Virus record (IMG/VR): IMGVR_UViG_3300047551_002158 | DNA from: a virus | Taxonomy: Duplodnaviria; Caudoviricetes | DNA length: 64,000 nt | Strand: one strand, 5' to 3' | Part shown: positions 47,693 to 54,630 of the stretch, in pieces | Layout of the letters: each line of letters opens with the position of its first letter | Numbering within the stretch: the first letter of the stretch is position 1 | Notes under the pieces: generated by a model | Seen by the model: the letters and a program-made list of their open reading frames with translations, nothing else | Database searches by the model: none | What the model was told of the DNA's origin: nothing | Made by a program: the position numbers and the translations under genes

Positions 47693-48282
47693 CTGAAAGA
47701 TTAAATCATAAACTTAATGTAGATACAATCAAAACAGTTAAAGATGTGAAGAATGTCTTTTATACTATGGAGTTGGTTGCTTCTATTGATGTAGATAATC
47801 CAATATATGAAGTCGCAAAGGAATACTTTACCATTCCTTATGTTCATCCTGAACTAACATTCCCAACACCACGCAAGAGTATTGAAGAAATCACACAAGA
47901 ACTTGATGAGAAGATTGATGCTCTTATGAAGACAACAAAAGAAAAGTTTGAGTGTTCTAACTATTTTGCTGGAAAAAGATATAACGAAAAGTTTGATAGG
48001 ATTATTCAGGACTTTGAGTATGCGAAGAAACACGGAAGTTTTCCACTAACTCAAACACTTACTCTTGATTACTCCAATTTTGATTACTCCAATTTTGTTG
48101 TGACTGGTAGTTCTTTGGAAAGTTCTTTTGTAATCAAACAGGGGAAAACACACGAAGGTTATTATACGAATGGAAACCGTAAATATTTGAAGTATTATAT
48201 GCCCGATAAACCTAATCGTTTGGTGAGGTTCTTTATGAGAACTTGTCTTGGATTTTATTGGGTAGATGAGAAGGACGGATGA
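47689..48282 (+). CDS. Hypothetical protein
   Basis: 197 aa; ends KPNRLVRFFMRTCLGFYWVDE. Confidence 0.65.
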   Translation: MTERLNHKLNVDTIKTVKDVKNVFYTMELVASIDVDNPIYEVAKEYFTIPYVHPELTFPTPRKSIEEITQELDEKIDALMKTTKEKFECSNYFAGKRYNEKFDRIIQDFEYAKKHGSFPLTQTLTLDYSNFDYSNFVVTGSSLESSFVIKQGKTHEGYYTNGNRKYLKYYMPDKPNRLVRFFMRTCLGFYWVDEKDG

Positions 48283-48464
48283 GATACTACGAAACCAGAA
48301 CTTATGAGCACCAGTGTGACTTTGATGCTAAAAACAGAGCAGAAAAAGCATCACAAGATTACTACAAAAAGTGGATAAATCTTCGTAAAGAAGTAAGAGA
48401 ACTGGTAAAAACTCAAAACATTTCTATTACACCCGAATTTGCTAAACTGATTGGAATGAAATGA
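48279..48464 (+). CDS. Small hypothetical protein
   Basis: Coupled ORF in the accessory island. Confidence 0.6.
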   Translation: MRYYETRTYEHQCDFDAKNRAEKASQDYYKKWINLRKEVRELVKTQNISITPEFAKLIGMK

Positions 48465-48742
48465 CTAATCCACTCCTACAAAAATACGAAGAACTCTACG
48501 GAAAGAAAGAAGAACCAAAACCACAAAAGACACACACAGAAAAACTGAAAGAACTTCGGGATACTTCTACTATTCCAATCACAAAATTCACAACTCACGA
48601 TATTGATAGTATTAACGATAGTTTCTTACAGATTGCCGAAAAGATAAAAAACAAAGAGGCACAAGTAACTTCTATGAATATGGATTATGAACATCATACT
48701 CACACACAAAGAATTACTTTTGAGGTTTTGACCAATTTTTGA
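48461..48742 (+). CDS. Small hypothetical protein
   Basis: Coupled ORF in the accessory island. Confidence 0.6.
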   Translation: MTNPLLQKYEELYGKKEEPKPQKTHTEKLKELRDTSTIPITKFTTHDIDSINDSFLQIAEKIKNKEAQVTSMNMDYEHHTHTQRITFEVLTNF

Positions 48743-48811
48743 ACTGGCACAGGGAGACCCCACAAGGTCTCCTATTGGTCTATAATACTCTCATAAGCAA
48801 CCAAACCGATG
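48730..48811 (+). repeat. Promoter/leader cassette, copy 2 (variant hairpin)
   Basis: GACCAATT-N4-AACTGGCAC; GGAGACC-CCACAA-GGTCTCC; TATAAT 48781; CAACCAAACCGATG. Confidence 0.85.
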
Positions 48812-49138
48812 ATTGACCTCTCGCAACTGACCGAAGACCAAATCAACGAACTTGAACTTCAAATCCAAAAACATAAGGAAGAACAAAAACACAAAGATAA
48901 TCTAAAAAATCTAAAAGGTTATAAAGTGACCTTTTATATTAGGTTTGACCCTGAAAAGCATAAGGATGATGATATGCTTACAGATGAGGGAGAACTTGAC
49001 CCTAACATTTTTGCTGATTATCTGTGTGATAATCTTGTTACAGACCTGATTAGGGGTTTTGAATTGTATGGTTATGAGGATGTGAGTTATCCTAATGTGG
49101 AAGTAGCAACACAACAAGATATTGAAGAGAAGTTTTGA
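48809..49138 (+). CDS. Small acidic hypothetical protein
   Basis: Starts at the cassette ATG. Confidence 0.65.
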   Translation: MIDLSQLTEDQINELELQIQKHKEEQKHKDNLKNLKGYKVTFYIRFDPEKHKDDDMLTDEGELDPNIFADYLCDNLVTDLIRGFELYGYEDVSYPNVEVATQQDIEEKF

Positions 49139-49219
49139 GGACACTTGAAGAACTGGCACAGGGACACTCCAAATGCCCCTGTGATGCCTTATAATAACCT
49201 CATAAGCAACCAACCGATG
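49134..49219 (+). repeat. Promoter/leader cassette, copy 3
   Basis: Near-identical to 46603-46689. Confidence 0.9.
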
Positions 49220-49417
49220 ACTGAAGAACAAATCCTTGAAATTGCTGAAAATCACCTAACTCTTGAAAAGTGGGAGGACATTTGTTGGAGGGCAGATACT
49301 TTACAACTCTTGAAGTTTGCCCGAGAACTTTATGATGAGGGTTATACAAAAGGTTTCAAAGTAGGACACGATGCTGGTTGGGAACTAAACGATGAAGTAT
49401 CACGCAGAGGATTATGA
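49217..49417 (+). CDS. Small hypothetical protein
   Basis: MTEEQILEIAE...LLKFARELY. Confidence 0.65.
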   Translation: MTEEQILEIAENHLTLEKWEDICWRADTLQLLKFARELYDEGYTKGFKVGHDAGWELNDEVSRRGL

Positions 49418-49680
49418 CTTTACTTGAAACTCTTGAATACTTTCTCACAGAAACCGCAGCAGATATGGATGGTTTGTCTTGGGAAATCCGTGAGGAAACT
49501 AACTTTGAGGACAACAACATAGAACATTTGACTGAATGTTATGATTTCAATAAACAACTTTATGATAATCTCAAACAAATCAAATCTATTATTGAGAATA
49601 TTGAAGCACTAAAATGGGCAGATAAAATTTTAGATGGTGTTGATTTGAATGAGGAACTACCTGATGAAGAAACTACCTGA
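49414..49680 (+). CDS. Small acidic hypothetical protein
   Basis: Coupled ORF. Confidence 0.6.
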   Translation: MTLLETLEYFLTETAADMDGLSWEIREETNFEDNNIEHLTECYDFNKQLYDNLKQIKSIIENIEALKWADKILDGVDLNEELPDEETT

Positions 49681-49819
49681 TAAACTACAACTTGATATTA
49701 TGTGGAGTGTTGCTACAAGTTCAGCAATAGAAACAAGACAGAAACCACATCTTATTTTTGCTAAACTTCTTTATGACGAACTAAACGACATCAAATTGCC
49801 AGTAGAACTTGGTAAATAA
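49664..49819 (+). CDS. 51-aa hypothetical protein
   Basis: Manual translation MKKLPDKLQLDIMWSVATSSAIE... Confidence 0.5.
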   Translation: MKKLPDKLQLDIMWSVATSSAIETRQKPHLIFAKLLYDELNDIKLPVELGK

Positions 49820-49821
49820 AA

Positions 49822-50088
49822 TTGGAATGGACATCTGCCGATCGTTATTATGGATTGGGTGATTTTGCTAGAAAGACTGGTGGTAATCCATCGTCTATTC
49901 ACACGCAACTTAATTATCTAACGACTGAGGTTCAATGGAAACGAATTGTAGATAGGATGAAAACTCCTGGTAAGTCTATCGATCGTTACATGAACTATGC
50001 GTATAGTTGGATTGGTTGGGGGCATCATGGTGCCCGCACTTCGTATGCCTATGATTATGCCAACCGACTGATCACGGTAGAAGTTTGA
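49822..50088 (+). pseudogene. Orphan 3' half of a lysozyme gene
   Basis: 86 codons from 49828 align without gaps to 45599-45856 (62/86 identical by hand count); lacks the catalytic N-half. Confidence 0.85.
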
Positions 50089-50137
50089 TACAATAGAATA
50101 ATAAATAGTGGGGAGTAACAACTACTCCCCCTTTTTT

Positions 50138-50437
50138 ATGTCTATAGAAAATCTTCCAGACGACGAAAAGGATATTATAAATCTTGCCTCAAAGGCGGGA
50201 TATTTAAAAGTTTCTACTGATATAGGGGAAATCAAACTCAACTCATATAATCAAGTAGAAATTCAACCAAAAGGAACACCATTTGGGGCAAAGATAAAGG
50301 TTGAAGAGAATGGTAATGTAACTCCAACATTAACTTTCGATACTAAAAAACTGAGAGAACCAAAAAAGAATATAGATACAAAACAACTATTGGACGATGC
50401 TCTAGAGGATTTTTGGAATGAGCAAGACCAAGTTTAA
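50138..50437 (+). CDS. Hypothetical protein
   Basis: ATG after a terminator-like hairpin at about 50109-50137. Confidence 0.6.
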   Translation: MSIENLPDDEKDIINLASKAGYLKVSTDIGEIKLNSYNQVEIQPKGTPFGAKIKVEENGNVTPTLTFDTKKLREPKKNIDTKQLLDDALEDFWNEQDQV

Positions 50438-50708
50438 TATCTTTGAGTTTAAGTATGGAAGGGAAAAGAAATCTCTAAAAGAATTGATAAAAATAGGAGC
50501 CGTATTGCACGGTTCATTGGATATAATTTCTTTAATACCAGGAATAGAAAAAAAGAAAGTTTTTAATTTAATTGATATTATTCAATTAAAAATGGGAACG
50601 ATTAGTATTATTAACGATTATATTATTCGGGATGAAGAATTGCTCTCTTATCGTATAGATAGGGTGGTTACTAAAGCAATCTCAGAGTACGAAAAGGATA
50701 ATGTTTAA
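50418..50708 (+). CDS. Hypothetical protein
   Basis: Overlapping operon ORF. Confidence 0.6.
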   Translation: MSKTKFNIFEFKYGREKKSLKELIKIGAVLHGSLDIISLIPGIEKKKVFNLIDIIQLKMGTISIINDYIIRDEELLSYRIDRVVTKAISEYEKDNV

Positions 50709-51126
50709 ACTTTTTGAGATTAGAAGCGGAAAATTTACTGCTCTTCCGGATATAAGTCCAAAGAACATTAAGAGATCAATTATTGCTGTTGTTATTGTGG
50801 CAGTAGTTGTTTTCTTATCTGGATGGTTGAAGATTGAAGAGAAGGAACTTTGGAAGTTTTATAACTCTATTATACAGCATTTTGGATTAAAAGAAAACCT
50901 ACCAGACATAAAGAATAATAAAAAACTTGAAGCAAATATAGAGTCTGAAGTTGATAGGGCAATAGAAGAATATAAACGCTTGACAGGGTATTCAAATGAA
51001 CCTATAATACCTTTGCCAAGGTTGATTGAAGTAGCTCCTGATAATTCTATATGTTACTCTGAAGAATGTAAGAAACTTGGTGGAGAAATGAGATTATGTG
51101 CTCCTTGGAGAGAAGATTGCGTTTAA
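50701..51126 (+). CDS. Membrane-anchored hypothetical protein with Cys-rich C-terminus
   Basis: IIAVVIVAVVVFLSGW; SICYSEECKKLGGEMRLCAPW. Confidence 0.65.
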   Translation: MFKLFEIRSGKFTALPDISPKNIKRSIIAVVIVAVVVFLSGWLKIEEKELWKFYNSIIQHFGLKENLPDIKNNKKLEANIESEVDRAIEEYKRLTGYSNEPIIPLPRLIEVAPDNSICYSEECKKLGGEMRLCAPWREDCV

Positions 51127-51166
51127 AGCGTCTAAATAACATATCCTTATTATATTAGAGGTTATT

Positions 51167-51361
51167 ATGTCATCATCACAACAACTACTTGATGCTGTTG
51201 AAGCGTGGAAAGTAGAAGACGAAAAGTTTACTAATGGTAATGCATCTGCAGGTACTCGTGCTCGTAAAGCACTTCAGGAAATTGCTAAACTTGTAAAAGC
51301 ACGTAGATCAGAAATCACTGAAGAAAAGACCGCACGTAAGGAAGCAAAAGCATCTGGTTGA
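51167..51361 (+). CDS. Histone H1-like (Hc1-family) small basic protein
   Basis: GNASAGTRARKALQEI motif; GAGG RBS; TAAATA upstream. Confidence 0.7.
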   Translation: MSSSQQLLDAVEAWKVEDEKFTNGNASAGTRARKALQEIAKLVKARRSEITEEKTARKEAKASG

Positions 51362-51386
51362 CATTTGAGCACCAGTCCCTTATAAT
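51358..51386 (+). promoter_or_regulatory. Sigma70-type promoter of the tRNA cluster
   Basis: TTGACA-N17-TATAAT. Confidence 0.85.
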
Positions 51387-51472
51387 ACTCTCATAGGCAG
51401 CGGGGGTCCAAACTCCGCATAAATCCTTCACCCCCCAAGCCTCTTTATAATGCTCAAACAGGGGGGTCTCTT

Positions 51473-51546
51473 GTCTCAGTAGCTCAGTTGGATAGAGCAT
51501 CTGCCTTCTAAGCAGTTGGTCGGGGGTTCAAGTCCCTCCTGAGACG
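51473..51546 (+). tRNA. tRNA-Arg(UCU)
   Basis: GTCTCAG/CTGAGAC; anticodon loop CTTCTAA; TTCAAGT. Confidence 0.93.
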
Positions 51547-51642
51547 TTACCACTTGCGCTGGAAAGATAAACCAGAATGCCGTGGTAAGATAGAGGGTAA
51601 GCCTCTGTTATATCCTTGAGGTATATTACGTTTACTCCATCT

Positions 51643-51725
51643 GCTTCAGTGGTGGAACGGTAGACACAGCGGACTTAGAATCCGCCGCCTTAAAAAGCGT
51701 GGAAGTTCAAATCTTCTCTGGAGCA
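51643..51725 (+). tRNA. tRNA-Leu(UAG)
   Basis: GCTTCAG/CTGGAGC; GCGGA-CTTAGAA-TCCGC; long variable arm. Confidence 0.93.
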
Positions 51726-51765
51726 CTTGACAATCAAACTTAAATAGTTTATGATTGTCTTATAA

Positions 51766-51836
51766 GCGGGTATGGTGTAGCGGTAACACGCCATCCTTCC
51801 AAGTTGGAATCACCGGTTCGAACCCGGTTACCCGCT
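51766..51836 (+). tRNA. tRNA-Gly(UCC)
   Basis: GCGGGTA/TACCCGC; loop CTTCCAA; U73. Confidence 0.93.
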
Positions 51837-51838
51837 TT

Positions 51839-51911
51839 CCTCTGCGTAGTCTATTGGTAAGGACGGGTGGACAACACACATGGAAACTGGGTTCGATTCC
51901 CAGCCAGAGGT
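51839..51911 (+). ncRNA. tRNA-like RNA with a non-canonical anticodon arm
   Basis: Intact T arm CTGGG-TTCGATT-CCCAG and D arm; bulged acceptor; loop GACAACA lacks U33. Confidence 0.65.
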
Positions 51912-51928
51912 ACACTTACTTTTTTCTT

Positions 51929-52108
51929 ATGGAAGTTGAAATTAATTCTATAAATATCGCAAGACTTCTAAGTGAATTAGAAGGTTGCTATATCTTCACC
52001 AAGTATATGGGTTTTGAAGATGATATGAATACAATTGATGAAATGAAGAAACGTTATTATAAACTTTACTTCAAACTTTATAAGGAAGAAAAAAGTAATC
52101 CACAATAG
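51929..52108 (+). CDS. 59-aa hypothetical protein
   Basis: MEVEINSINIARLLSELEGC...; stop overlaps tRNA-Asn. Confidence 0.6.
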   Translation: MEVEINSINIARLLSELEGCYIFTKYMGFEDDMNTIDEMKKRYYKLYFKLYKEEKSNPQ

Positions 52109-52170
52109 CTCAGCGGTAGAGTCGGTGACTGTTAATCACTTGGTCCCTGGTTCGAATCCAGGTTGTGGAG
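52099..52170 (+). tRNA. tRNA-Asn(GUU)
   Basis: TCCACAA/TTGTGGA; GGTGA-CTGTTAA-TCACT. Confidence 0.93.
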
Positions 52171-52237
52171 TTGGGTGGTCGCGGTTGACGGTTAATTACC
52201 TTCTCAACATGCGAGTGGGAATACCTACCACCCTTAA

Positions 52238-52310
52238 GGGCGATTAACTCAGCGGTCAGAGTGTCTGCTTTACACGCAGAAAGTCCACGGTTCAAATCCG
52301 TGATTGCCCA
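52238..52310 (+). tRNA. tRNA-Val(UAC)
   Basis: GGGCGAT/ATTGCCC; TCTGC-TTTACAC-GCAGA. Confidence 0.93.
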
Positions 52311-52337
52311 CTTGATAAATAAAAATAAAAGAGTATA

Positions 52338-52772
52338 ATGGAAAAACTGTATAAATTACTCAGTGATGCTCAGTCATCACTTTTTGTTTTATTCCATAAA
52401 ACTTGGGCATTTCATTGGAATGTTGTTGGTGAAGATTTCACTCAACTTCATCAACTCTTTGGTGGTCAGTATGAAACTATGTTTGAAGAGATTGACCGTC
52501 TCTCAGAACATATGAGATACTTAAATGTAAAACCTCTCAGTTCTCTCTCCAGAATGCTTGAGGTAACTCAAATTAAAGAGGCAGCAAGTTCGACAGGAGC
52601 AAAGGAAATGCTTCAAGAACTTCTTGAAAACAACGAAAAGTTTTGTGAGTTGATGGTAGAAATCTCAGAAGAAGCAGAAGAACAAAAGTCATATGCTACT
52701 GCTAATTTAGTTCAAGATTTAATGGAATCGCACGGTAAATTTATTTGGATGTTAAGATCACACCTACAATGA
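52338..52772 (+). CDS. dps: Dps / ferritin-like DNA-protection protein
   Basis: FHWNVVG; LHQLF...QYE; DRLSEHMR; WMLRS. Confidence 0.88.
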   Translation: MEKLYKLLSDAQSSLFVLFHKTWAFHWNVVGEDFTQLHQLFGGQYETMFEEIDRLSEHMRYLNVKPLSSLSRMLEVTQIKEAASSTGAKEMLQELLENNEKFCELMVEISEEAEEQKSYATANLVQDLMESHGKFIWMLRSHLQ

Positions 52773-52787
52773 ATAGGATGAAGAACA

Positions 52788-53039
52788 ATGTTATCAATAA
52801 GATGCAAAGACTGTAATAGAGAATTAACAGGACATCATTCAAAAACAGTAAGTTGTGGATGTCCAAATATGGCAACAATTCGCGGAGATAAGATTTCAGC
52901 ACTTGACTTATCCCGTATTGTTATGTTAAACTCTTTAAAAGAAAATTCAAAAACAAACATACTGACCTCTCAAGATATTGCTTGGCAGGAAGCACGTAGA
53001 CAACGTAAAGTTCGTCGTTTGGATTTTGAGGTTCGCTGA
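52788..53039 (+). CDS. Conserved small zinc-finger-like protein
   Basis: CKDC...CGCPN. Confidence 0.7.
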   Translation: MLSIRCKDCNRELTGHHSKTVSCGCPNMATIRGDKISALDLSRIVMLNSLKENSKTNILTSQDIAWQEARRQRKVRRLDFEVR

Positions 53040-53049
53040 ACCTCTCATT

Positions 53050-53134
53050 GGAAAGGTGGCCGAGTGGTTTAAGGCAACTGTCTTGAAAACAGTCGATGTG
53101 AGAGCATCCGGAGGTTCGAATCCTCTCCTTTCCG
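53050..53134 (+). tRNA. tRNA-Ser(UGA)
   Basis: GGAAAGG/CCTTTCC; ACTGT-CTTGAAA-ACAGT; long variable arm; G73. Confidence 0.94.
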
Positions 53135-53249
53135 TTTTAAGTTAAGTTACAAATTTAACAATCTCTTCAGCAGTGTTAAGAATTCAACACCAAATGTTGA
53201 CGATGAAAGTTCTGTGGATAGTATATAGTAGTACTATCATTCAAAACTT

Positions 53250-53399
53250 ATGGACCAACATACCTATAATAATTGGGTCCGTATAAAGGAAACATTTGAA
53301 AAGTCTGGTAATACAGATAATATGTTCTATAAAAGAGCAATTGAAATTGTAAAAACAAGAGTTGATCCTCTTGCTAAATTTCTTGGAGATGAAAAGTGA
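53250..53399 (+). CDS. 49-aa hypothetical protein
   Basis: Manual translation MDQHTYNNWVRIKETFEKSGNTDNMFYKRA... Confidence 0.55.
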   Translation: MDQHTYNNWVRIKETFEKSGNTDNMFYKRAIEIVKTRVDPLAKFLGDEK

Positions 53400-53599
53400 T
53401 GGAACCTCAAGACGAATTTATTACACGTTCTGAAGTTCAGGAGATGATCGATGCAGCAATACGACGACACAACCGTAATGCTTCTATCATTAGCATGTGC
53501 GTCGGTTGGGTGGTTCTTGCTTTATTTGCTGAAGGACTATTAAGACTGATTGGAGTTATTCCTCCACTACTTCCTTTTCTTAAAATTACTTTAAATTAA
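53396..53599 (+). CDS. Small membrane protein
   Basis: EVQEMIDAAIRRHNRNASIISM followed by a TM helix. Confidence 0.65.
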   Translation: MMEPQDEFITRSEVQEMIDAAIRRHNRNASIISMCVGWVVLALFAEGLLRLIGVIPPLLPFLKITLN

Positions 53600-53604
53600 A
53601 GAAG

Positions 53605-53694
53605 ATGAGTAATACCATATATACTGCAATAACAATCTTTGGAGTTATTGGTTATTTAATTATTTGGGCCTTGACACACGCTTATCCATCATGA
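53605..53694 (+). CDS. 29-aa single-TM peptide
   Basis: Manual translation MSNTIYTAITIFGVIGYLIIWALTHAYPS. Confidence 0.45.
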   Translation: MSNTIYTAITIFGVIGYLIIWALTHAYPS

Positions 53695-53810
53695 TAAAAT
53701 TTGTAGAGTTCCTTCTGACCAACCAAGTGTCTTTATTCGTCATTGGTTGCCTCTTGACAATCGCTCCAGCAATGGGTATAATGATTGTACATTCAACGAA
53801 GGAAAAGTAA
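53691..53810 (+). CDS. 39-aa hydrophobic peptide
   Basis: Manual translation MIKFVEFLLTNQVSLFVIGCLLTIAPAMGIMIVHSTKEK; ATGA coupling. Confidence 0.45.
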   Translation: MIKFVEFLLTNQVSLFVIGCLLTIAPAMGIMIVHSTKEK

Positions 53811-53886
53811 CGGAGTATCGCCTAACTTGGTCATGGCACCTGCTTTGGGAGCAGGAATAATTTCGGTTCAAATCCGAATACTCCGA
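53811..53886 (+). tRNA. tRNA-Pro(UGG)
   Basis: CGGAGTA/TACTCCG; CCTGC-TTTGGGA-GCAGG. Confidence 0.92.
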
Positions 53887-53903
53887 CTCATAAATCTCAC
53901 TTT

Positions 53904-54134
53904 ATGAAAATGAATCAGGAAATTGACGATCTTACAACGTTTACAATTGAAGAATTTCAGGCAGATTTTGACAATCTTATGAATAGAGTTGAAAGTGGAG
54001 AATCATTTATCATAAAAAGTGAGCATGGAAATGCAGTAATAGTACCATATAACGAAGTGGTGCAAGTATTTCAAGAATCTGGTATGAGTGACGAACTCAT
54101 ACGAATACACACAGACCACGAAGAAGGTTCTTGA
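53904..54134 (+). CDS. Phd/YefM antitoxin-like protein
   Basis: FTIEEFQADFDNLMNRVESGESFIIK...AVIVP pattern; acidic tail. Confidence 0.55.
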   Translation: MKMNQEIDDLTTFTIEEFQADFDNLMNRVESGESFIIKSEHGNAVIVPYNEVVQVFQESGMSDELIRIHTDHEEGS

Positions 54135-54173
54135 CAAAGGGTTCCAGGTCCTCTACAATAGATCTGGTTTTAA

Positions 54174-54261
54174 GCGAGTGAGACTTGGTAGTCAGAGAGG
54201 TCTTATAAACCTTTTCCGCCAGATTAGCGGCTTTGAGATGGTTCGAATCCATCCACTCGTA
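54174..54261 (+). tRNA. Atypical tRNA-Ile(UAU) with a long variable arm
   Basis: GCGAGTG/CACTCGT; AGAGGT-CTTATAA-ACCTTT; GATGG-TTCGAAT-CCATC. Confidence 0.75.
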
Positions 54262-54265
54262 CCTT

Positions 54266-54338
54266 GCTCCTTTAGCAATCTGGTGAATGCAGCGAACTCA
54301 TAATTCGCCTGAGGCGTGTTCGATCCACGCAAGGAGCA
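54266..54338 (+). tRNA. tRNA with CAU anticodon (elongator Met, or Ile2 if lysidine-modified)
   Basis: GCTCCTT/AAGGAGC; GCGAA-CTCATAA-TTCGC. Confidence 0.88.
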
Positions 54339-54414
54339 CTGGACGCTTACTAAAGCGTCCTACTTGACTTTCAAACATCACTTCTCTATAATACTAAGGT
54401 CAACAATCAAAACA

Positions 54415-54630
54415 ATGACTCTCACTTCTAAATTCAAGAAAGACGTTCAAACCCTTCGTGGTGCAGCAAATGGCGAATTCTACCTTGATGTAAAGAATCC
54501 GAAACTCTACAAAAAGGTTCGTCGTTACTATGAAAACGAAGGTGTGGTATTTTCTGGTGATCCTCTGGATGATTATGAAATGCTTATGGAATATGTCGCT
54601 GCTGATCTTGAGTCTGTTGAGGTTGCATGA
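54415..54630 (+). CDS. Conserved cyanophage hypothetical protein
   Basis: LDVKNPKLYKKVRRYYE; TTGACT-N17-TATAAT promoter upstream. Confidence 0.7.
   Translation: MTLTSKFKKDVQTLRGAANGEFYLDVKNPKLYKKVRRYYENEGVVFSGDPLDDYEMLMEYVAADLESVEVA

Noticed and set aside
48065-48097. 15-nt tandem duplication (DYSNF twice)
   Set aside because: In-frame slippage with no evidence of function.
46603-49219. CRISPR-like array
   Set aside because: Repeats are ~85 nt, contain promoters and are separated by whole genes; no cas genes.
45599-49827. Group I intron interrupting the lysozyme gene
   Set aside because: Rejoining would need an intron ending in T rather than G, no P/Q/R/S core was seen, and the upstream copy is already a complete ORF.
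45599-50088. DGR template/variable repeat pair
   Set aside because: No reverse transcriptase in the window, and differences are not confined to adenines.
51755-52108. 117-aa ORF as given in the track
   Set aside because: Its 5' part overlaps tRNA-Gly and the tRNA-like RNA; the plausible start is ATG 51929.
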